From a bacterium (lineage in GTDB: Bacteria > Sysuimicrobiota > Sysuimicrobiia > Sysuimicrobiales > Kaftiobacteriaceae), in contig DATLZI010000187.1 of assembly GCA_035574075.1 (NCBI GenBank), positions 1 to 41,514 of the forward strand: a DNA stretch of 41,514 nt, in the 5' to 3' direction. The number at the start of each line of letters is the position of its first letter. The first letter of the stretch is position 1. Below are positions 17,630 through 24,451 of this stretch, piece after piece. The translations under genes and the position numbers were made by a program. The notes under the pieces are model-generated. The model saw nothing but the letters and a program-made list of their open reading frames with translations, ran no database searches and was not told the DNA's origin.

Positions 17630-18262
17630 CTACCCCTCCGGTTGTGACTTCAACAGCACGTCTTCGATCTCGGTGAGGTGCTGGCGCATCGCGCGCTCGG
17701 CGCCGGGGGCGTCCCGGCGCTTGATGGCCTCGAGGATGCGCCGGTGGCCCTCCAGGGAACGCTGGACGCGACCCGGCACCTGCAGGGAGCGCTGGCGGCT
17801 CTCCAGCAGCAGGTCCATCAGGACGTCGAGGACTTTCAGGGCGACGCGGTTGCGGGCAGCCTTCGCCAGGGTGTAGTGGAACTCGGAATCCTCGGCGATG
17901 GCCACCTCGCCGCGGGCGCTGCGCGCGATCTGGCGGGCCAGGATCTCCTCCAGCGCAGCGATGTCCTGGGGTCCGGCCAGCGTCGCCGCGCGCGCCGCCA
18001 GCGGCGGCTCGAAGAACTTGCGCACGTCGAGCAGCTCGGCGAGCAGCGCCTGGTTGTGGATGAGGATCGTGGCCAGGGGTTGGGCCAGCGACTCCGGGCT
18101 GAGCTCCCGGACCACGGTGCCGTCGCCCTGGCGGGGCTCGAGCAGGCCGATCAGTTCGAGAACGCGGATGGCGTCGCGGACAGAGGTGCGGCTGACCCCG
18201 AAGCGCTCGGCCAGCTCCCGCTCAGGCGGCAGGCGGTCCCCCGCCTGGAGGCGGCCCTCCAC
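17630..18262 (-). CDS. GntR-family transcriptional regulator, FadR/PdhR/LldR-like (FCD C-terminal domain); true start probably upstream
   Basis: HTH reads ERELAERFGVSRTSVRDAIRVLE, followed by an FCD-type helical domain. Coordinates use the first canonical start (GTG 18260-18262). The open frame continues to 18373 and encodes the missing first helix (RTKVYEEVADRIRRLI). Stop lies 1 nt before the por ATG. Confidence 0.8.
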   Translation of the reverse strand: MEGRLQAGDRLPPERELAERFGVSRTSVRDAIRVLELIGLLEPRQGDGTVVRELSPESLAQPLATILIHNQALLAELLDVRKFFEPPLAARAATLAGPQDIAALEEILARQIARSARGEVAIAEDSEFHYTLAKAARNRVALKVLDVLMDLLLESRQRSLQVPGRVQRSLEGHRRILEAIKRRDAPGAERAMRQHLTEIEDVLLKSQPEG

Positions 18263-18378
18263 GATGAGCCGGCGGATCCGGTCCGCGACCTCTTCGTAAA
18301 CCTTGGTCCGGCGGACCGGCTCCAGCTCGCTGATGACCGGAGACGACGGTGTCGAGATTGTTGACCCGCCCGGTCAGA

Positions 18379-18441
18379 ATTGGTCCATTGGTCCAACAAC
18401 TAACCAATGCCCAATCTGCCACGGGCAGACCGCCATGTCAA
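18379..18441 (-). promoter_or_regulatory. Candidate promoter with ATTGGT/ACCAAT operator half-sites for the regulator-por operon
   Basis: Minus strand reads TTGACA (18441-18436), a 17-nt spacer, then CAGATT (18418-18413). Plus strand carries ATTGGTCC twice in tandem (18379-18386, 18387-18394) and ACCAAT at 18403-18408. Confidence 0.45.
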
Positions 18442-18444
18442 GGG

Positions 18445-18468
18445 AAAAAATCGCCGGGAACCTGGCGG
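18445..18468 (-). terminator. Candidate intrinsic terminator directly after the small ORF
   Basis: Minus strand after the TAG stop reads CCGCCAGG-TTC-CCGGCG (6 bp with one bulge), then A and TTTTTT (18450-18445). The stem is short, so confidence is moderate. Confidence 0.4.
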
Positions 18469-18687
18469 CTACGCCCGGTACCGCCCGGACCAGTGAGCCC
18501 TCCGCAGATTCTCCTCCACCGACGCCGCCTCGTCGGCGTACTCTGAGACCCGCGCCAGCTCGGCCCACAGCGCGCCGAGCACCTTCGCCATTCGCGCGCC
18601 CAGCGACCGCGCGGCCTGCGCCGCCGGCCGTGCCACCGCCCGCGCGGGGCGTCCCGCGGCTTGCCCGTGCAATGCCGCCCTGGTCAT
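18469..18687 (-). CDS. Small hypothetical protein (72 aa), Ala/Arg-rich N-terminus and acidic helical C-terminus
   Basis: ATG at 18685-18687 with GGGAGGGA 6 nt upstream. 65 of 73 codons end in G or C (counted by hand). A hairpin plus T6 follows the stop directly. No recognisable domain. Confidence 0.55.
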   Translation of the reverse strand: MTRAALHGQAAGRPARAVARPAAQAARSLGARMAKVLGALWAELARVSEYADEAASVEENLRRAHWSGRYRA

Positions 18688-18769
18688 TATTCGTCCCTCC
18701 CTGGCTGCACGGTACGCTGGGCGCTCCGGGGAGGCGAGGATCGCCGTTACACCGCCGCTGTCGCCGCCA

Positions 18770-19792
18770 TCACAGGCCGGCCGCCGGGATCCGCTCGGCC
18801 AGTCGGCCGCGGCGAACGAGGTAGTCCGCCAGGACGGCGTAGGGATCGAACCCCACGATCCGGACCGCGTCGGTCACGAAGTTCGACAGCGCGTTCACGT
18901 CGTAGTAGTAGATCTCGCCGTCGCGGTCGTTGACCAGGTACTCCACCCCGGCCAGGTCGAGGCCGCCGGCCCGGGCGATCGCCAGCACGTCCTCGATGAC
19001 GCGCCGGGGAGGCGTCACGGCCTCGATCCGCAACGCCGTCCGGGGCAGATCCACCGGGCACAGATCGGCCGCTGGCAGCGGCGGGGTGGGCGGGGCGCCG
19101 CGCTGCGCCCGGGGATCGTCGGGTCGGCAGATGTCCGCCGGGCAGAGGTTGAAGCCGGCGTTCGGGTCGGGATAGACGGCGATGGCGTAGAGGTACTGTC
19201 CGTCCAGGACCTCGACCCGGACGATGTGCCCGTCCCGCGGCGGCAGGAACTCCTGGACGAGGGCGACGCCCTCCACGCCCAGGTCGATGGCGCCGGCGCG
19301 GACCGCCTCCCGCAGGGCCGCGGGCGTCTCGAAGCGCTGGATACCCGCGCCGCTGCCGCCGATGTTGGGCTTGACCACCACAGGGAAGGCGAGGGCCTCC
19401 GCCGCGGCCGCGGCCTGCGCTGGGTCGTTGATCACCCGCGCCCGGGGGGCGCGCAGCCCCAGCGACCGCAGCAATCGCAGCTGCGCGACCTTCGAGGTCT
19501 CGAGCGCGAAGGCACGGCTGCCGTTGATCACGTCCACCCCCGCGGCCTCGAGATGGCGCAGCAGCTCGCGCGTGTACGCGATGGCCCGGCCGTGGCCCCG
19601 CAGGGAGGCGGACGGGCTCATCCGGTTCAGGACGACCGTCCAGCGGCTCTCCCCGACCTGGGGATCGAAGAAGTGGCTGCTGACGTCCGCCCGATCGAAG
19701 CGGACCCCACGCTCTTCCAGCTGCGCGAACAGGGGGATGAACCACTGCGGATGCTCGTACACAATGCCCAGGTTCGGCTCCCGGGACGGCAT
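18770..19792 (-). CDS. ATP-grasp domain protein (RimK/glutamate-ligase-like)
   Basis: 340 aa with VVVKPNIGGSGAGIQRF, ALVQEFLP and EYLVNDRDGEIYYYDVNALSNF, the ATP-grasp nucleotide/Mg motifs. SD GGAGGGG lies 6 nt before the ATG. Confidence 0.85.
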   Translation of the reverse strand: MPSREPNLGIVYEHPQWFIPLFAQLEERGVRFDRADVSSHFFDPQVGESRWTVVLNRMSPSASLRGHGRAIAYTRELLRHLEAAGVDVINGSRAFALETSKVAQLRLLRSLGLRAPRARVINDPAQAAAAAEALAFPVVVKPNIGGSGAGIQRFETPAALREAVRAGAIDLGVEGVALVQEFLPPRDGHIVRVEVLDGQYLYAIAVYPDPNAGFNLCPADICRPDDPRAQRGAPPTPPLPAADLCPVDLPRTALRIEAVTPPRRVIEDVLAIARAGGLDLAGVEYLVNDRDGEIYYYDVNALSNFVTDAVRIVGFDPYAVLADYLVRRGRLAERIPAAGL

Positions 19793-19977
19793 GCGAGACC
19801 CCTCCTCTAGACTCGGCTCCGAATTGGCACCGCTAGTGACGATCGGGCGGAAGCCCAGATAGAGCGCGCGGCTCTACCGGGCTAGGGACAGATGCAGCCC
19901 CGAGGCCGTTGCAGGAGGAGCCAGGCGGCGATATCCATCACGGACAGTATAGCCGACGGCGGCCGCCGCGCCAGGCC

Positions 19978-20823
19978 CTAGACCACGCCCTGCGCCTCGC
20001 GCAGGGCGGCCCGCCCGTCGCGGACGATCTGGAAGAAAGCCGGATCCTCCTTCAGCGCCAGGGCGCGCGGCCGAGGGAGGTCGACGGGGATCTGCCGCAC
20101 AACGCTGCTGCCGGTGCGGGCCGATGCGCCCCGGCCCATCACCACGACGCGATCGGAGAGGAAGACCGCCTCCTCGATGGAGTGGGTGACGAACACCACC
20201 GACAGCCGCCGCTCCGCGGCCAGGGCGAGCAGTTCGAGGTTCATGCGGTCCCGCGTCAGCTCGTCCAGAGCGCCGAAGGGCTCGTCCAGGAGCAGGACCT
20301 GGGGATCGAGGGTGAGCGCGCGGGCGATGGCCACGCGTTGCTGCATCCCGCCGCTGAGCTTGTCCGGGTAATACCGGCCGAACTGGTCGAGCTCCACGGT
20401 GCGCAGCAGCCGGCGCGCGGTCTCGCGGTAGCGGAAGCGGCGTGCCGGCCACCACCACCAGCGCGGATCGCGCAGCCGGAGCGGTAGGAGCAGGTTCTCT
20501 TCGGCGCTCAGCCACTCGAAGAGCACCGGCTGCTGGAAGATGACGCCGCAGCGACCGGCGCGCACCGCCGCGCGAGGGGACATGCCGCAGACCTCGATCG
20601 TCCCGCGGCTGGCCTCGCGCAGTCCCGCCAGCAAGAACAGCACGGTGGTCTTCCCGCATCCCGACGGCCCGATCACCGAGACGAATTCGCCGGGCGCCAC
20701 CGCCAGCGAGACGTTGACCACCACGTCCAGGGCGCGCTCGGCGCGCGGCCGGCCGAACAGGTCTCTGCCGCGGGCCACCTCGTAGGCCTTGCTGACCCCC
20801 GCCATGCGGATGACCGGCTCCAT
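19978..20823 (-). CDS. ABC transporter ATP-binding protein (NitT/TauT-type)
   Basis: ATG at 20821-20823 ([14 protein letters not shown]). Walker [10 protein letters not shown], signature LSGGMQQRV, Walker B LLLDEP. The rest of track ORF 19978..21420 is a 5' shadow. Confidence 0.9.
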   Translation of the reverse strand: MEPVIRMAGVSKAYEVARGRDLFGRPRAERALDVVVNVSLAVAPGEFVSVIGPSGCGKTTVLFLLAGLREASRGTIEVCGMSPRAAVRAGRCGVIFQQPVLFEWLSAEENLLLPLRLRDPRWWWWPARRFRYRETARRLLRTVELDQFGRYYPDKLSGGMQQRVAIARALTLDPQVLLLDEPFGALDELTRDRMNLELLALAAERRLSVVFVTHSIEEAVFLSDRVVVMGRGASARTGSSVVRQIPVDLPRPRALALKEDPAFFQIVRDGRAALREAQGVV

Positions 20824-20885
20824 GCCCGCTCCGGGGTCTGGGGCCCGGGCCGCCGACGTCCCGGGCCCCCGTCCCGCCTCAGCGC

Positions 20886-21866
20886 CTACGGCTTGACCCC
20901 GCTCTTGAACTGCGTGGTGTACGCCGCGCGCACGTTCGGCGGCGCGGCGAGGACGCCGATCGTCACGAGGTCTGCGGCCATGCGCTCCCACCCCGCCGGG
21001 TCGATGTACCCCAGGCCGTTCGCCCGGCTGGCGGGGGTGACGATGATCGACTGCAGGAAGTCCATCCCCTCCAGTTCGTGGGCCCGGTCTAGGTTCTTGT
21101 TGTACTTGAGCAGGATGGCCGCCGCTTCCGCGCGGTGCTTCAGCGCGTAATCGAGCCCCCGGTAGTGGCCGGTGACGAACTGCTGCACGATCTGCGGGTA
21201 CTGGCGCACGATCGCTTCCGTGGTGAAGACGACGTTCTCCGGCCAGTCCGGGCCGAACTGCGCGATCGGATAGACGTAGTACGTCTCCTTGACCAGCCGC
21301 TTGGCCACGAGCACCTCGTTGTAGCCCATGGCGTGCGCGAACTGGTACTGCTTGCGCATCCAGGCGCCGATCGTCGCCGGATCGCCTTGCTGGTTGACGA
21401 TCTTGATGCGCTTCGCCCAATCCGCGCCGATCGCCGCCTTGATCTGCTTGTCGTAGCCGATCCAGGTCGCCACCGTGCCCTGGATGTCGCGCGCCGAGCG
21501 CAGCGGCTTCCAGGAGAGCAGGTGCACCGCGGACTTCTGGAAGTCGTGCGCCACGACGACCAGCGGCAGCTTCTGCTTCTCGCGCGCCTCCAGGATGTTG
21601 TACGGGTAGTCCACCCCGAAGACGATCTCCCCGGCCCGCGCTTTGGCCATAACGCGGTCGATCGGCGAGAGCCCGGGGCCGCCGCCGACCACCTGCACCT
21701 GGAGGGCGCCGAAGAACCCCTTCTCCACGGCCACGGGATCGCCCATGGACTCGTTGTGGATGAACCAGGCCTCGATGATCGAGACCTTCTGGCCCTGCCC
21801 CAGCGCCGCGCCGGAACCCAGCAGGGCCAGGACCAGCGCTAGCGTGATGACGCGGTGGATCCGCAT
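20886..21866 (-). CDS. ABC transporter substrate-binding protein (NMT1/THI5-SsuA-like)
   Basis: ATG at 21864-21866 with GAGGAGG upstream. Signal peptide MRIHRVITLALVLALLGSGAALG, then a periplasmic-binding-fold sequence (VVAHDFQKSAVHLLS...). Confidence 0.85.
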   Translation of the reverse strand: MRIHRVITLALVLALLGSGAALGQGQKVSIIEAWFIHNESMGDPVAVEKGFFGALQVQVVGGGPGLSPIDRVMAKARAGEIVFGVDYPYNILEAREKQKLPLVVVAHDFQKSAVHLLSWKPLRSARDIQGTVATWIGYDKQIKAAIGADWAKRIKIVNQQGDPATIGAWMRKQYQFAHAMGYNEVLVAKRLVKETYYVYPIAQFGPDWPENVVFTTEAIVRQYPQIVQQFVTGHYRGLDYALKHRAEAAAILLKYNKNLDRAHELEGMDFLQSIIVTPASRANGLGYIDPAGWERMAADLVTIGVLAAPPNVRAAYTTQFKSGVKP

Positions 21867-21906
21867 CGTCCTCCTCACCCCCCCGAGTGCTGTGTGCACC
21901 AGCCGC

Positions 21907-22695
21907 CTAGCTGCGTTCCCGCGTCAGGCTGACGTGCCAGGGCAGCAGCCACCGTTCGGCGACGGTGACCACCCCCAGCAGCACCCAGCCGATCAGCGTG
22001 CAGAACACCGCCGCCAGGAAGACCCGCACCGTGTTGCCCACGTAGCGGCTGTCCAGGATCATGTAGCCCAGCCCCTCGAACGCTCCGAACAGCTCGCCGA
22101 CGATCGCGCCGTTCACCGCGGCCATCACCCCGCCCTTCAGGCTGGTGAAGATAATCGGCAGGGCGCTGGGCAGCCGCAGCAGGAGCAGCCGCTGCAGCCA
22201 GGTGGCGTTGTAGACCTCCATCAGGTGCTCGCGCATCGGATCGATGGAGATGAACTCCTTGTGCGTCGTGTAGAGCACGGCGAAGAAGGTGTACAGGCCG
22301 GCGATGATCACCTTGCTCGTGATGCCCAGCCCGAACCAGACCACGACCAGCGAGGCCAGGGCGACGAAGGGCGTGCTGTTCAGCGTGACGACGATGCGGT
22401 AGAGGAAGTCCTCGATCGCCCGCGGCAGCCAGATGAACAGCGCCGCCCCGGCCAGGGCCGCCGCGGCGCCCAGGGCGAAGCCCAGCACGGTCTCCTGCAT
22501 CGTCACCCGCGCGTAGTAGAGCACGGTGGCGGCGTCCTCGCGGAGGGCCTGCACGATCTGCGACGGCGCCGGCAGCAGGTAGGGCTGGGCGTACCACCGC
22601 GCGGCGACCTCCCAGGCGGTGACCACGACCGCGGCGAAGATCGCCCACGAGATGAGGTCGGCGGCCGGGGTGCGGGGAGGGCGGGACACGGCCAT
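21907..22695 (-). CDS. ABC transporter permease
   Basis: ATG at 22693-22695 shares its A with the TGA of the amidohydrolase gene. 262 aa, about 6 TM, with a BPD-type permease core (...LNSTPFVALASLVVVWFGLG...). Confidence 0.9.
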   Translation of the reverse strand: MAVSRPPRTPAADLISWAIFAAVVVTAWEVAARWYAQPYLLPAPSQIVQALREDAATVLYYARVTMQETVLGFALGAAAALAGAALFIWLPRAIEDFLYRIVVTLNSTPFVALASLVVVWFGLGITSKVIIAGLYTFFAVLYTTHKEFISIDPMREHLMEVYNATWLQRLLLLRLPSALPIIFTSLKGGVMAAVNGAIVGELFGAFEGLGYMILDSRYVGNTVRVFLAAVFCTLIGWVLLGVVTVAERWLLPWHVSLTRERS

Positions 22696-23963
22696 CAGGG
22701 GAGGAAGCGGACCTCCTCTTCCCGTCCCTGCCAGCGCACCGTGGCCCGCGCCGGATGGGTCTCGGCGACGAGGCGGCCGCCGGCCACGACGTAGCGGCGG
22801 GCGGCCAGCGTGCGCAGGGCGTCCACCGCGGTCGGGGCGTCGAAGACGACGAGGTCGGCGCGCGCGCCGGGCACCAGCCCGTAGTCCTCCGCGCCAAAGC
22901 AGGCCGCAGCCCGCGTCGTCACCAGCTCGAGCAGCGTCTCCAGCTCCGCGCGGCCGGACATCTGCCCGTAGTGCACCATGACGAAGCAGGCCTGCAGCGG
23001 ATCGCCCACGCCCAGCGGGTACCATGGATCCATGATCGAGTCGTGGCCGATGCAGACGTTGATCCCTTCGGCGAGCAGCTCCTTCACCCGCGTGAAGCCG
23101 CGGCGCACCGGATAGCTGTCGAAGCGGCCCTGCAGCACCGCGTTGTCCAGGGGGTTGGTGATGATGTGCACGCCGGCGTGGCGCATCCAGCGCAGGAGGC
23201 GGTAGGCGTACGCGTTGTTGTACGAGTGCATCGCCGTGGCGTGGCTGGCCGTGACGCGGCCCTGCAGGCCGAGGCGCACCGTCTCCGCCGCGACCAGCTC
23301 CAGGAAGCGGCTCTGGTCGTCGTCGGTCTCGTCGCAGTGCAGGTCCGCCCGGAGACCGCGTTCCGCCGCGAGGCTAAGCGCGGTCTTCACATCCCGTTCT
23401 CCGTACTCTCTCGTCCACTCGTAGTGGGGGATCCCGCCCACCACGTCCGCCCCCATCTCCAGCGCGCGGACCACCAGAGCCTCGCCGTCCGGGAACGAGT
23501 ACATCCCCTGCTGGGGGAAGGCCACGATCTGCAGGGCGAGGAGATCGGAGACCTCCTCCCGGACCTCGAGGAGAGCCCGCAGGGCCGTCAGCTTCGGATC
23601 GCACACGTCCACATGCGTGCGCACGCGCGTCACGCCGTGCGCCAGCATCCACTTCAGCGCGGTGAGGGCCCGCCGCTTCACGTCCTCGAAGGTGAGGGAT
23701 CGCACGCGCTCGCCCCAGATCTCGATGCCCTCGAACAGCGAGCCGCTGCGGTTGTGGCGGGGCTGGCCGACGGTGAGCACGGCGTCGAGGTGGATGTACG
23801 TCTCAACGAGCGCGGGGGTAACCAGACAGCCGGAGGCGTCCAGCTCCAGCGGCGCCCGTTCGGCCAGATGGGGTCCGACGGCGGCGATGCGGCCCTCCCG
23901 CACGCCGATGTCCTGCGGACCCTCGCGTCCCTGGATGGCGCCGCCCCGGATGATGAGATCCAT
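22695..23963 (-). CDS. Amidohydrolase of the cytosine-deaminase (CodA) family, divergent active site
   Basis: 422 aa with CodA-like blocks VAFPQQG, LHCDETDDDQSRF, ASHATAM and GHDSIMDPWYPLG. The first metal motif reads ETYIHLD rather than the HxH of the family. Confidence 0.85.
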   Translation of the reverse strand: MDLIIRGGAIQGREGPQDIGVREGRIAAVGPHLAERAPLELDASGCLVTPALVETYIHLDAVLTVGQPRHNRSGSLFEGIEIWGERVRSLTFEDVKRRALTALKWMLAHGVTRVRTHVDVCDPKLTALRALLEVREEVSDLLALQIVAFPQQGMYSFPDGEALVVRALEMGADVVGGIPHYEWTREYGERDVKTALSLAAERGLRADLHCDETDDDQSRFLELVAAETVRLGLQGRVTASHATAMHSYNNAYAYRLLRWMRHAGVHIITNPLDNAVLQGRFDSYPVRRGFTRVKELLAEGINVCIGHDSIMDPWYPLGVGDPLQACFVMVHYGQMSGRAELETLLELVTTRAAACFGAEDYGLVPGARADLVVFDAPTAVDALRTLAARRYVVAGGRLVAETHPARATVRWQGREEEVRFLP

Positions 23964-24022
23964 GAGAGGTGACCGCGGAGACTTCCAGGAAGATTCGCTG
24001 GGCGGCGGGGCGGTCCTCCCCG

Positions 24023-24451
24023 TCAGGAGCCCTCCGGCCGGAGGTGGGTCCGCAGGTGCGCCCAGATCAGCGGGCGTGCACTTTCCGGCTCGAAGGCCGG
24101 ATCGTACACCAGCTCGCGATCGAACGCCAGCGGCACCGCCAGCCGCCAGGGGCCGGCGAGGTCGGCGCGGATGGTCCGCGCGTCTTCCTCCAGCTGCACC
24201 GAGGCGCCCGGCGCCAGCTCGCCCGCCACCTCGACGACGATCTCCTGGAGGCGCTCGATACCGAGGAGGTTGTGCGCCACCTCCAGGGCGCGCTGCCAGG
24301 CGTCCGAGGCGCTGCGGCCGCGCACGGGCGCGCGGGTGAGGAGCCGTCCCGTGGCGATCTCGCGGATCGTCGCGCTGTAGCGCCGGTCGGCGTCGGGCCC
24401 CTCCACCGTCACCGTGAAGCGGCGGCCGAAGACGACGACCTCGTCAGCCAT
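24023..24451 (-). CDS. Hypothetical protein (142 aa), no recognisable domain
   Basis: ATG at 24449-24451 (MADEVVVFGRRFTVTVEG...). Overlaps the stop of the upstream gene by 8 nt (ATGGCTGA), suggesting translational coupling. Confidence 0.6.
   Translation of the reverse strand: MADEVVVFGRRFTVTVEGPDADRRYSATIREIATGRLLTRAPVRGRSASDAWQRALEVAHNLLGIERLQEIVVEVAGELAPGASVQLEEDARTIRADLAGPWRLAVPLAFDRELVYDPAFEPESARPLIWAHLRTHLRPEGS

Noticed and set aside
15712-17676. 654-aa plus-strand ORF
   Set aside because: It is antisense to porA and the gamma-delta gene, both of which carry unambiguous cofactor motifs.
18386-18388. ATG opening a 4-codon mini-ORF (MDQF-stop) just upstream of the GntR frame
   Set aside because: It is out of register as a start for the regulator, because an in-frame TGA follows at 18374-18376. 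It lies inside the putative operator and is probably fortuitous.
19793-19977. Known riboswitch (TPP, guanidine/ykkC, purine) upstream of the ATP-grasp gene
   Set aside because: None of the signature cores I remember (CUGAGA for TPP, the ykkC ACGR/GGGA blocks) is present. A covariance-model scan is needed for certainty.
21867-21899. Track start for the ABC substrate-binding protein
   Set aside because: The ATG at 21864-21866 has GAGGAGG upstream and begins a standard signal peptide. The longer form has no SD.
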